Positions 51,731-64,000 of a stretch of 64,000 nucleotides of DNA are shown piece by piece (within the stretch, counting starts at the first letter, position 1; each line of letters begins with the position of its first letter). The translations under genes and the position numbers were made by a program. Origin of the DNA: the human T2T-CHM13v2.0 reference genome, Homo sapiens; NCBI RefSeq assembly GCF_009914755.1, contig NC_060934.1. One strand, 5' to 3'. The notes under the pieces are model-generated. The model was not told the origin of the DNA. It saw only the letters and a program-made list of their open reading frames with translations, and made no database searches.

Positions 51731-54700
51731 CTGCCATCCCCAGCCTAGGGCGCTGTGTGCTGCATCCTCATCGCTCTGTTGCCAAATGGCTCCTCAAGAC
51801 TGCCAGAGTTCTTCTGTGCCCCACTGAGTTGCGTGGGCTTAATTGCTTAGAATGAGATGGCAGAAGAAATGTTGAGAAGGGAAATCAAGAAAACAGATGG
51901 CATTTAGGAGGCCACAGAACCGAAAGAAAGAACACCAGGGACCCATGAGATTCAAGGTGAGTCATGCCGACACCTTGACCAGGGGCAAGGGGGAAGGAGC
52001 CCCCGTATTTTGTCATTAAAATCTCTAGAGTTGCCAGAACTTCTTGTATTAAGTTTCACTTTTCCCACAGGAAGTACTGGAATCATAATTAAAGGAAAAA
52101 AAAGCTTAGGTCACTGCTAACTTCCAACTTCAACATCTTTAATTTTAGTTATTTCCCCTGGCTCCCTGGCTTATTGCCCTAGATCTTTCCTTAATATTTA
52201 AGACTTCATATAACAATTAATATAAAAGCTTCACCGCCGTTTCCAGCTCATTGGAAATGCACGTGAGTGGGCGTTGTGCGCAGACACTGAGCGTGGCTGG
52301 GGGAGACGCCACAGAAACAGAGGACGCACCCCGACGTGGGGAACTCGCATCCACCCAGGGAACGGCACACATCTGCCTCCACTGCCAATGCAGGAGCACT
52401 GGGCCCACCCGAGAGGACCTCCACGAATGCCTTCTGCATGCGGGGCACCCGAGGCCCAGAGAGGGAATCCCCAGGCACCCCACCCAGGCGGTGCATAGAC
52501 AGTGCTAGGCCCTGCATGCCGGGGTCCAGCCCAGGGCTGTGGCCTGTGCCAAATGCCAAGAAGCAATCGTCTACTGGGAGGGGAAATGTCAGCCATTCTG
52601 AGGCAGCTCAGGGAAATCCAACTCCTCGGTCCTGAGGACATCAAGAGAAAAAGGAGTGATGGCACAGGCCGGGGTCCGGGGGAAGGGAGGGGCATTTCTC
52701 TGGGAAGCCCCTGGAGATGACACTTCCCTGGGGGCCTTGTGTCCCCCAGAGAAGGCCTCAGGCCAGTGGCATGGATGCTTCGAAGGCTTCTTGGGTTTGC
52801 AGCATCTCAGGGCTCACCAGAGGCCTCCAGGCCCACAGTAAATGAGGGTGCGGCACGGGGGCGTCAGAGGACGGACAAGGATAGCACAGCAACGAAGCAC
52901 TCCAAGGGCTTAGCCCGACATTCAGGGACCCACAGAGTGGCCTGCAGGGAGCTGGGGCCCAGCCACAGTCCTGCCAGGTGGAAGGACCGGGCATGGAGGC
53001 TCCAGGCTGAGACCAGCATTGGATAGGGTGGGTGGGCAGGGATTACTTAGGTGCCAATAACCCAGGAGTAGAGGAGATGGCACCGCTATAAAATGCCACG
53101 AGAGGTGCGCACAAGGGTTCAGGGCTGCATAGAACCGGGAGGGAGAGGAAGACCCCGCTGGAGCAAGTGCCAGGGTGACAGAGCCAGAGGACTTTCTGAG
53201 ATAGCACAGCCCCGAGGGTCGGCAGGGCACTGAGGGCCACCTGCCCTGCCTGCCCCGCCAGGGCGAGCATCTGAATCCACATTCTCCTGGGCCGCAGCTC
53301 ATCTGCGAGTCGGAGCCTCCGAAGGGGGGCCAGTAGCACATGTCCCAGCCTCTCTCGCCCAGGTGATCCTCATGACCAGACGCGGCTTTGCTACAAGACA
53401 GCTCAGACTGTGTTCCCCCAATCGTGTTCCCGCAGGAAAGCTGCCCGAGGATTTTTGTCATGCACACGCCGCTGCCAGCCCATTAGCTCTCCCTGCTTCC
53501 CATGGTCTGCCGCATCTGGGGTATCCAGCGTCCTCCTGCAGCCGAGGGGGAATTCTGAATGTTTTGCTAGAAACCGTCTCATCAACATTCAGTTTCCTAA
53601 CATTGGTTCCAATCCTGATTTTTAGCTTCATTTTTTTTGAGGGGCGAGGGCATCTGGGCACTGGAAATGCGGGAACCCACACGCAGCTCATCCACCCATA
53701 GGCTCTGACATGTTTAACTTATATCTGAAAGACTCTGAGACTCGAGATGGCCAATGTTTAACGGCATCAGCTTTGACCAGCACAGTTGCAATTATTTGAC
53801 ATGATGTGTTCAACCCATCAAAGTTGACCAAGGGTTTTGTAGACCCATTTGCTCAGGGTAACATAAGATCTTTTGACAAACATGTCTGTTTACGTACTTT
53901 CAGAATTTGTGTAGACTCTGAAAAGACCCCTGATGTAATCTACTAAAAACATAGAGGGTTTTTAAGTTATTGTTATGTAATTAACATCTGTAACGGCAGT
54001 TGACTTAAGGAAATGTCTTTGCACTTACAGTAAGTACATTTGTGTGAGGAATTATTTGCGTAAATTGTCCCAAATAGAATTTAATTTAAAAGCATAGATT
54101 TTATGATCTTGCTCATGAAAAGCTGAGAATGATGAATCAAACATTAAGTTAAATGTCACATGATAATTAGTCAGATATTGCGAGCTTACAACTAGGATCT
54201 TTCTGATTCTCTGTCTCTTCTTTAGGCATCAGGACTGAATCATATGTTTTATGAGGCCTATAAAACATGCAAACCTCTGATTTAGCTATTTTTAAGGACT
54301 GTAGAGACACTCAAATTTGGTGTATTTAAGTTGAACTCACATATAGGATATGTAAAATTGCATACAAAATTGCAAATGGGGTTCTCTGTAAATATGTTTG
54401 CTAATGAGAATATTTTAATTTCATAGATCATACCAGGAAGATAAATCATCCATTTACAAACAGCAGTTGCTTAAAAGATGTGGACTAGGCAATTTTTCCA
54501 TCTCCAGTGGAACTGAGAGGTCCTTGTTTTCACAGCTGAATATTCAAAGGGGTGTTTACCATAATTGGAGGATGCTTGACAGTTTATGCAGCCCACACTT
54601 AGCAGGCTTCAAAATACATCCTGAATTATTTGTTGCAAACCCCTAGATAAACAAGCAAGAAATGCTGCTCAATTGTCCTAAAAAGCCACAAATTAGAGGT

Positions 54701-54932
54701 ATTTTGGGTTACTCATAGTGATTTCTGAATGCAGTGGTAAAATTCTGATTTCCATTTGTATTAATTCTCTTTGTGAACTTTAAAAGAACTATCTTTCAAG
54801 TTTAATAACCTTTCTGAAAAAAATCATAACTGTAGATATTAACCTGAAACACAAGAAAATGGATCAGGTGGGGCATCACCTGTGAAGCCTTGTTGGGAAT
54901 ATGTTGGGTGAGAACATTAGGTCACTTCTCTC

Positions 54933-55228
54933 TGACAAGGACACCCTCCTTGGCTAAAGGCTGGTTGGGTCCTGTGAGCCCTCCCTGGATGAGGCGTTAG
55001 CAGGAATCCCGCTGAGATAGTGGGCTGGACGCTCACCCTCACCCTTAGTGATATTAACCGAGGGCCTCTGTGATTTTCTCTCCAGGCCCTCGCCCCACCA
55101 CTCGGCTGTCATCCCCACTGGCCGCTGGTGCATTTGGACTTGGGTTCAGTCTCTCTCTCCGGTTGCAATAGTTTTGAGTGAAGTCTTCCTTCTTTGCTTA
55201 ACTGGTGTCATACAATTTTTCTTTTGCA
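54933..55228 (+). mobile_element. MER31/MER67-family (ERV1) LTR remnant
   Basis: Start TGACAAGGACACCCTCCTTGG..TGAGCCCTC, TTAGCAGGAATCCCGCT, end TTGCAATAGTTTTGAGTGAAGTCTTCCTT...TTTTTCTTTTGCA. Confidence 0.7.
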
Positions 55229-56339
55229 TGTGTTACAACTCATTAGAACCCAGTCATGTGACATACTGCTCCCTCTAGGAATGAGGCACAAAGGACATTG
55301 GAACAGTCAAAATACACTTCTCAAACTTTAGGCACTGACATGTGTGCTGTTAGTGCAGTGGAAAACCCCTCAGATATGAATTCAGAGACAGTTTGCCAAT
55401 ATTTTAGTTAAGCATCTACAAAGCTTGGATTCGTGTGTGGTTTTCCAAGTCCCAGGGCATGCAAATGAGCCAATTAGAAGCAGTGGTGGGGCTGATCGGC
55501 TCACTGGAGGTCAGGAAAAGTGGTGTGAATCACCCACGTTCAGGTCAAGAACTCAAACAGCAAATAGCAATTAGGGCTGAACACTGAAGGGACCAACACT
55601 GTCACCATCTCAAGAGGCCCCGTGTGCACTGTTCTGCGGCACTTTATGAGAACCAATTTTCATAATGATAAGCCCTGGTCCCCAAGGAAAGATTGATTTA
55701 TGTTTCACATATTTATTAATGGAAGGAGAAGGGCATTCTAATCTGTTCGAGAGCTTTCTTTCTAAATAAAACAGTCCTCCCGTTGTGCTGCTCACAGGCT
55801 GCTTCTGTTACATCCAGGAGGACCATCTTCTGTGAGCTCCTGGTGGCAAAGGTGTTATTATGTGTGACAGAGCCTGGTTAGGTGGCACCAGCCCTGTAGG
55901 AAGGACCAGTGCAGTAGCTAGTTTATTTTCACCTTGGGCTGGTTGGCCGTGACCGTCTCCCCTTGGCCCCTGGGGCTGGCCTGAGGACAACACTGGGGAA
56001 TTACAAATGGAGAGGACATTTTATGCAGCAAGCCAAGCCCTAGCCTACTGCCTGCCTAATGTCACAGTGAGATGAGAAGCCCAGGTCTGCAGGGTGAGGT
56101 GGTACCTCCCAGGTGCCCTACAGGTGAGAGTCCTCATCAGGGCTTCACCAGGATCCCTCAGCTCCACGAAGAGCTGTGCAGGGCTAGTGAGGCCTGAGGA
56201 GATGATACCACGCGTGTCTCCCAGGGGGGTTGACACCAACCCCTAGAAGGGAACAGAGGTCTCAGAGTCAGCCGATCCCGAGGACTTGAAAGTCAGGCTC
56301 CCTGGAAGCTACCACCACCCACCTGCCTTGTGTGAAAGC

Positions 56340-56932
56340 AGCACACACATAACACATAGAGACACACACAGACACACACACAGACACATGCAGACACACA
56401 AACAGGGAGACACAAACACAGACACAGACACACACACACTCACAGGGAGACACAGCTAGACACACAGACACACTCACAGAGAAAAACACAGGCACACTCA
56501 GAGAGACACACACAGACACAAACACACAGACTCACTCACAAACACAGACACACTCATACAGAGACACACAGACACAAACACACACAGACACATGCAGATA
56601 CACACACAGGGAGACACAAACACACACAGACACATGCAGACACACACACCCACAGGGAGACACACCTAGACACACACAGACACACAGAGACAAACACAGA
56701 CACACTCATAGAGAAAAACACACAGACACAAACACACAGACACAGTCACAGAGACAAACACAGACACATAGACTCACAGACACACAAACAGACACACTCA
56801 TAGAGACACACAGACACAAATACACACAGACACACTCACCAAGACAAACACAGACACACTCATAGAGAGATGCACACAGACACAAACACACACAGACACA
56901 TGCAGACACACAGACACATGCAGACTTGCACA
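56340..56932. repeat. ~590-bp CA/GA-rich cryptic repeat (CACAGACACA)
   Basis: Direct reading. Confidence 0.93.
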
Positions 56933-58952
56933 TGGGAAGAAACCATTCACGTGTGGGTACAGGGCGTCTGTGAGTCTCACACTTGACCGTGTCTCCAGTC
57001 TGGAGCCTCAGGCCTTCATGAAGCCTCCCAGGTTCCTAGGGGGAAGACATAGCCTCTGTGGAACCCTACACTAAACATTTTGAATATTTGGAAAGATATC
57101 TTTATAATCCAGCCAATATCAAACCTTCACTTTCCTTCTGTTAGCAGCCAATATGTTTGGGTATAATTTTCATACTAGTTTGTGTCATAGTAAGTTAAAG
57201 AGATAGTATTTGGAAGGTTTTGCATCAAGATTTCCTTCCTAGCACATGGAATTTCAGAAATAATATTTATTACATTTCCCAAAGTTTGAACAGGGGTCCT
57301 TAGAGGACTGAACCCAGCAGCAGATGGATTTTACTTAGGGCACATTATTTCAAAACATTCAGATGATTCATCAGCTTATAAACTGAGATTTGTTCCAGTA
57401 AGATTTTGGCTATTGGCTTCCCTTGAAACACCAGGAGCTCCTGCTTCCTTGAAACTGAGTTACCACTGGGAGCAGTTGTCAGATGCTGACCGGCAGCCAC
57501 CCCTCTCCCAGTGGCCCCGGCCCTGCCACACATACCAGCAGCCCTGCCACACTTGACTCATTCCTGGAAGGAACCTGGTGCCTGGACACCTGAGTGTGCA
57601 GCGCCACTGAAGCTCAACGCTTACTGTCGCTCAGGGCCTCGAGGCTCAGAAAGTGTGTGACTTAAACACGTCACGGAGGCCGGGCACACAGTGGGGCCAA
57701 CACTACGGCTTCCTGAGCTGTCCAGCAGGTTTCTGCTTCTCAACGCGGCCCTGCCTGGTTCTGTAAGAGCAGGAGCAGGAGCAGGTGATTAGGACGTCTG
57801 CGCAGGAGCCGTGGCAAAAACGCTTCCAGACAATGGGGAACTCAGACGTCTGGAAGGGACGGGGGCAGAACGTCAGCGCCACAGACAAATGTGAATCAGG
57901 CTTATTACACATCTATTGAGTGAGTCAGCTGCACACCTCAAGCCTTTTCCTGATTCTGATTTTTAAATGGAATTTCAAATTCTTTCTTTGAAAAGAAAAG
58001 GAAAGGTCAAATACAGGTAATTTCATCTCCGTGCCGCGCATGCACATTTCAAATACAATCTTCCAGCTTGCTGCCTGTTCTCACACCTCCCGGTTACTTC
58101 TCCTCTTCCCAGGGACCCAGACGGGGAGAGGGTGCTGGGCGCCGGCAAGCCACAGCGTCTGCTCTCATGATCTCGCCCCCACCCGCCTTGGGCCCCCAGA
58201 GGTCTGTGCTCCGCTCCTCTTCCTCCTCAGAACTTTCTATTCATTACATCCCAGCAGAGCACCTCACCACGGTTGCCCCAGGAAAGGATGCATGTGTGGT
58301 TTTGCTGTGCTTTTTGTTTACAAAACTGATCATGTTGGTTAACTCCAGCCCAGATGTTGCAGAGGTTAAGTCTGCTATCAACCTGGAGATGTTCGGAAGG
58401 AGACAGCCATCACCACCCGTCACACCTGCTTTGCTGCTTCTGGTAACATGCATTTGCCTGCAGGCTCAGGGCACGTGGAAGGAGGTGTGAGATAGAATCG
58501 GGACAGGGCCAACTTGCCCATGGAGGTGGCATCTCCCTCGTGCTTCTCTGGATTCTGTCACCTGTTCCAGTCCTGGGAATGGGCTGACAATTCATCTCCT
58601 CGTTCTGTGCCTATAACATTGCATTCCCAGAGCATCGGTGCCACCTTTCCAGCTGCGACAGTGTACCCTGTGTACCACATCCAGTAACCTGCAATAAGAG
58701 ACGCTCCATACGCTGCGTCAAATTGAGGAACATGCAGCGAATCTGCCACAGACACTGACACTACGTCGCACCGAGATGCCCAGGAAATCAGGAGTTAAGG
58801 AGACGTCGCTGCTTCCCTTTTCCCTTCTCACTTGCACTGGGGGGGAGTGGGGTGTCTGTACCTAAAAGCCCTTTCTCACTGGCTGTCTTTCGGCAACATA
58901 CTTGCTCTTGATTCACATGCCCCTGTTCATGCACACTTCGGGGGGCGGAGGG

Positions 58953-59093
58953 GCAGAGCCCTACCCCATCCCCGAGAGTCAGTGTGTGAGGTGGGCATCA
59001 AGCAGAGCCCTACCCCATCCCCGAGAGTCAGTGTGTGAGGTGGGCATCAAGCAGAGCCCTACCCCATCCCCGAGAGTCAGTATGTGGGGTGGG
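58953..59093. repeat. Minisatellite, 49-bp unit x ~2.9
   Basis: GCAGAGCCCTACCCCATCCCCGAGAGTCAG at 58953, 59002 and 59051. Confidence 0.95.
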
Positions 59094-59479
59094 TGTGGAC
59101 AGCGGGTGTGGACAGCCTGCCATCGTTTTCCTCTCTCTCTGTCTCCACGGGCACTGCCAACGCCCCGTCTTTCAACCTCCTTTGCAGCTTGGGGCTCCTG
59201 TGGACTGCGGGCTGCCCAGGGATGTGCTGTGCGTTCCTGGGAAGGGCGCTGGGGTGTCGAGCACCTTGGCCATCCTAAACTTAAACACCACGCGGGCTCG
59301 TAATTAATCCTTCTTGAAGGAACGCTGCTGATTCCCTCGACATTACCAACAATCTGCGGTTGAACTACAGACATACACCCAAGCGGGCATACTGAGAAGG
59401 AAAACAAAATCCCTCCGCCAGGAAGGTCCACCTCTGACGGATGCCGCCTCCAGGCCGCACTTCTCCAAGAGCCCGCCTT

Positions 59480-59838
59480 TTCCTCTCTGCAGGCCTCGCG
59501 CAGCTCCTGCCTCCCCCCATGCACGCGCTTCGCCTTCCTCCCTCCAAGCCCCGCGCCTGCCTCCCTCCATGGACACACTTTCCCCTCCTCCTTGCAGGCC
59601 CCGCAAGGCTCCTGCCTCCCTCCACGCACGCGCTTCCCCCTCCTCCGTCCAGGCCCCGCGCCTGCCTCCTCCACGCACCGCAAGGCTCCTGCCTCCCTCC
59701 ACGCACGCACTTCCCTTTCCTCCTTCCAGGCCCCCCGCCTGCCTCCTCCACGCACCGCAAGGCTCCTGCCTCCCTCCACGCATGGAAAGTCTCCTGCCTC
59801 CCTCCCTCCACGCACACACTTCCCCTTCCTCCCTCCCT
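59480..59838. repeat. C-rich complex minisatellite (~77-bp period with shorter sub-units)
   Basis: GCTCCTGCC at 59503, 59608, 59685 and 59762; repeated CCTCCCTCCACGCA. Confidence 0.88.
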
Positions 59839-60369
59839 CTAACACATATCCAGCAACCTCCACGTCTGGTTTTCCTGATGGAGTAAGTTACTGAGGACAA
59901 ATCATTTTACAAATGAGACAACTAAGAGCTAGAAATGGAGAGTAATTACTCAGGGTACTGCACAAATCCATAGGAGGGAAACACACTTTTAACCTACGGG
60001 TTTCATCCAGGGCTTCTCAAATGCCACTGCACTTAGTTTCCAGAGACACCAACAGCCCGGAGGGGACCAGGGGGATGAACTGAGGCGTCTGTTTCTGCCT
60101 CAGACACACAGTTGTCGGCTGGACCAAATGGGCTTCACCTCATTCCTTTTGGTGTAGCCTCTCCCAGGGCCAGTAATACTGACCTGAGAGTTGATGGATA
60201 ACTTGAAAAGTCTGTTATTCTGGCATTGGGAAGACTTCCAACTCACATTGTAAAAACATGAATTTTATTATAATAAAAAGTAAATATCGTTCAGTGAATA
60301 TACATGTATATGTATAATAGATCATATATATTTCAGATGCGTAACAAGTGATTTGTAGATTTCATTTTA

Positions 60370-60403
<34 letters not shown>

Positions 60404-60406
60404 TGT
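60370..60406. repeat. (TG)n microsatellite
   Basis: Direct reading; one TA interruption. Confidence 0.95.
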
Positions 60407-60879
60407 ATTTAGAGGCACTTTGTAAGTGGGCAACTTATGGTCAAAGTCTGGGACTTAAAATATCCTAAATGAACGTTCATAATTTTTTTTAAGGGAAATA
60501 TTGATGAAGCCCTGTCGTTGAAACAAAAAGTTTGTAAGGATAAATCTTGCAAAATGATTTCTTTACTTTCTAGTAGTAGTCACAGAAACAAAGAAACACG
60601 TCGCTTAGACCTTATTGAAGTAGCTGCGTGGGAGACACTTGATTATTCCAGGAAAGACACATGGCAGGATGAGAGTGTGAAAAATGAACACTGAGCACTA
60701 CGGGAACGTCGGATCATAACGATGACGAAGGAAAGGGCGAATCCCTCCAATGGAGTCTGCTGCATGGACAGGGCTCAGGACGGGGAACAGGAGCCTTCAG
60801 GGCTGAGGCCGTGCAGCCACTGCCACCGCTCACTGCCAGGCAGGCCTTGCTGGGCATACCAGGAGGGGCAGCTGGGCTG

Positions 60880-61000
60880 TGTGCCCACTCAGCCACTTCC
60901 GGGATGGGATCCTAGGCCGGTTACCGACTTCTCCCTGCCTTCATCCTTTCATAAAATAGAAGCAGCAATCATATCTGCTTCATATTAAAGAAAGGTTATT
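60880..61000 (+). mobile_element. MIR fragment
   Basis: CTCAGCCACTT...GGTTACCGACTTCTCCCTGCCTTCATCC...TAAAATAGAAG. Confidence 0.5.
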
Positions 61001-61915
61001 GGGCAGATGTTAGAACAGCCAACATAAATGTGTTAAATGTGCAAAACTGAGAATAACAACCAAATAATGTGTTAATAATCAGAGAGAGGTTCTACAGGAG
61101 AAGGTTTAGCTGCTGCAATCCCCTGAAGTCGATGTCAGACCTGAGGGCTGCAAGGAGGCCACTGGGAACGGCCCCGTCGGCCGGGGGCCCAGGAATCAGC
61201 CCTGTGCAGAGTGCATTCCGTAATGTGTGCACCTTCTCTACTTCAGAAAAAAATATTCTTTGAAAGATCCATTTTTTAAAGCCTCCAACCCCCTTGTGAG
61301 AAAATTGGCAACTGTGGGGGCCCCCGCAGCCTCAAATTTACCAGTCCTACGGGTGTGACTTGAGAGGGAGTTTCCTGCTGGATTTCAATGAATGGCTGCG
61401 TATGTTGGCACTGGCTGCACTTGGCTTCCTGGACTTCCTTGGTCGGCATTTTGGAAGCTTTGGGTGGCACTGGGATTTTCAATAGGAGCTATTTGTTATA
61501 ATATGGGCTTGACCAATATTGATCTGGCTTGTAGTAAAAAGTCAGAATAAAAAGCGTATACAGCCTAGCATGAAGTAGTCACGATCGTGATTTGATAAAC
61601 TGTGCAGATATCGTTGGCCAAAAACCTCAAGTTACTCCTGTCAAGCCCTTTGGTTGTGTTGCGGTTGGGAGGTCACAGGGTCCGGTTTTGATTTCTAGCC
61701 TTTAGATCACCGTGTGATGCATCTCCTCTACCTGACCGGTCCCGGAGGTCACCTTCCACTCACTCATCAACTGTAAGTGAGTAAAAGTGGCGAAAATCAT
61801 CATGGGGAAGTCCAAAACCTAAAATAAAAAAACTGGGGAAAGTTTAAGTCATTCAAGTCGGAAAGCCCCTGAAGACCTTTTCTGCTGTCTGCAAGATTTC
61901 AGAAGCAATGGGCCT

Positions 61916-62846
61916 TGTTCAGGAGGTTTGGGTTCAAGGATGCATGGATGTTCTGGAGGTTTGGGTTCAGGGATGCATGGATGTTCTGGAGGTTTGGGTT
62001 TGGGGGTACACGGATATTCTGGAGGTTTGGGTTTGGGGGGTACATGGATATTCTGGAGGTTTGGGTTTGGGGGTACATGGATGTTCTGGAGGTTTGGGTT
62101 CGGGGATGCATGGATGTTCTGGAGGTTTGGGTTTGGGGGTACATGGATGTTCTGGAGGTTTGGGTTTGGGGGTACATGGATGTTCTGGAGGTTTGGGTTA
62201 AGGGATGTGTGGATGTTCTGGAGGTTTGGGTTGCGGGGTACATGGATGTTCTGGAGGTTTAGGTTCATGGATGCATGGAAGTTCTGGAGGTTTGGGTTCA
62301 GGGATGCATGGAAGTTCTGGAGGTTTGGGTTCAGGGATGCATGGATGTTCTGGAGGTTTGGGTTCAGGGATGCATGGATGTTCTGGAGGTTTGGGTTCAG
62401 GGATGCATGGATGTTCTGGAGGTTTGGGTTCAGGGATGCATGAATGTTCTGGAGGTTTGGGTTTGGGGGTGCATGGATGTTCTGGAGGTTTGGGTTCAGG
62501 GATGCATGGATGTTCTGGAGGTTTGGGTTAAGGGATCCGTGGATGTTCTGGAGGTTTGGGTTGGAGGTGCATGGATGTTCTGGAGGTTTGGGTTTGGGGG
62601 TACATGGATGTTCTGGAGGTTTGGGTTTGGGGATGCGTGGATGTTCAGGAGGTTTGGGTTTGGGGGTACATGGATGTTCTGGAGGTTTGGGTTCAGGGAT
62701 GCACGGAAGTTCTGGAGGCTTGGGTTGGGGGGTACATGGATGTTCTGGAGGTTTGGGTTCAGGGATGCGTGAATGTTCTGGAGGTTTGGGTTTGGGGGTT
62801 CATGGATGTTCTGGAGGTTTGGGTTCAGGGATGCATGGATGTTCTG
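61916..62846. repeat. G-rich minisatellite, 33-bp unit x ~28
   Basis: Unit GGATGTTCTGGAGGTTTGGGTT(CAGGGATGC/TGGGGGTAC)AT; 11-aa periodic translations. Confidence 0.98.
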
Positions 62847-62861
62847 GCTGACAGCCTGGAG

Positions 62862-62925
62862 ACCTAGGGCTAGTTACTCAGTCTCTGAGCTGGTGATGTC
62901 TCATCTGTAACAGGTGAGATAACAA
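62862..62925 (+). mobile_element. MIR core fragment
   Basis: GACCTAGGGCTAGTTACTCAGTCTCTGAGC...CTCATCTGTAA...GATAA. Confidence 0.6.
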
Positions 62926-63652
62926 GGGAGGCCTTTGCAGGGAGTGAAGGGAAGCCGTGTCTCTAATCCCTGCAGGAGGGCAGAGGCCAGCCTTAGCTCT
63001 GAGTGGCAGCTCAGAGGAAGGGGCTGCAGAGGTCCGCGTGGGTCAGAGTTGAATCTGCTCAGACTTGGAGCCCAGTTAGATGAAGATGTGGAGTAAGGGC
63101 TGCATCCCACCCACCCCCGACTTTGGTAAGAGGCTGTGAGTCAGGGCGCGTTTCTAACTCTTGACCTGAGCCCCTGTGCACAGGTGCTTCTGAGTCCAGG
63201 ATCCATCCCTGAAGGTTTGCAGGCATATTAGGACAAAATTGCCATTTTGGGTCTTGGCAAATGTGCAATATGAAATTAAGTGAGTTAATCGGTAGTTGGG
63301 AAATTATTAGAGAGGCTCAAAGTCCCACTTCTGCTGCAGAAGAAAATAAGAGTCCCTGTTTTCTCAGATCTGTCCAAAACTTTCTGTGAGTGCAGCTCAC
63401 AGACCCAAGGGCCTCTAGACGCCCCCACCCAGAACTGCTGAGTGAATGGTCAAGGCTTCCTTAGATAGTCCTGGCTTGTGAACCATTGACTTGTATAGAC
63501 TTAGATATTTTATACATTATTTAAAGTTCATGAAGGCACCATGTTTGAAGCATATTTAGACATTGCTTTTAAAGAAAAATAGCTTTAACGGTGCACCTGA
63601 GAGTGACATAAGCATAACCATATTATCTTTTAAATGGAATTTTCCCCCTTCA

Positions 63653-63771
63653 TTTTTATTTTTGAGATAGGATCTTGCAATATTCTCCAGACTGGGGACC
63701 TCTGGGCTCAAGCAATCCTCCTACCTCGGCCTCTGGAGTAGCTGAGACTACAGGCACCACCATGCCTGGCT
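63653..63771 (-). mobile_element. Free left Alu monomer (FLAM-like)
   Basis: TTTTTGAGATAGGATCTTGC...GGGCTCAAGCAATCCTCC...ACTACAGGCACCACCATGCCTGGCT; flanks TTCCCCCTTCATTTTTA / TTCCCTGTCATTTTTA resemble a TSD. Confidence 0.8.
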
Positions 63772-64000
63772 TCCCTGTCATTTTTATCTCAATTGTTTAG
63801 AAGTTTAATGGGAATGAAAGAAGAGGGTCTTAGAAATATTTAGGTGATTGTTTAAAAACTTCCAAAGACCCTACTTCCACGGACACTCGTATTATTCATT
63901 TTAATTTTTTTTTAAGATGGAAAGAGTGTTTCAAGGAAGTGAAGTGATGGTCACAGGGGAAGCATGAAGAGGATGGAGAGAAGGTGGGTGAGGCCCAGTG

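Noticed and set aside
58979-59863. 294-aa minus-strand ORF
   Set aside because: Generated by G-rich tandem repeats that lack stop codons.
61849-62867. Gly/Pro-rich repetitive ORFs, or an interstitial telomere
   Set aside because: Periodic translations of the 33-bp VNTR. There are no tandem TTAGGG hexamers, so it is not a true interstitial telomeric sequence.

Overview
This is non-coding primate DNA, almost certainly human or great ape (AluY/S/J, L1, L2, MIR, ERV LTRs, Tigger4a, MADE1). I found no protein-coding exon, RNA gene or CRISPR array that I can support. The long ORFs in the track come from tandem repeats, Alus or GC-rich sequence. The window has a high density of GC-rich minisatellites (92, 63, 18, 37, 121, 44, 49, ~77 and 33 bp units), cryptic CA/TG/TC tracts and GC-shifted old repeats. 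That combination suggests a distal or subtelomeric gene desert or large intron; the locus cannot be named from sequence alone. Most notable observations: (1) several minisatellites arose inside ancient transposable elements: a 24 x 92 bp array in an LTR33-like LTR, a 6 x 44 bp array in an L1MC 3' end, and probably a 63-bp array in an L2; (2) an AT-rich tract made of consecutive perfect hairpins; (3) an intact solo LTR19-like LTR with repeated TEAD+GATA-like modules; (4) several AT-rich, homeodomain-motif-dense islands resembling conserved developmental enhancers; (5) CpG/GC gain in very old L1 sequence, suggestive of GC-biased gene conversion. Repeat family names come from recalled consensus sequences, not a database search. 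I see no evidence of a novel gene system.
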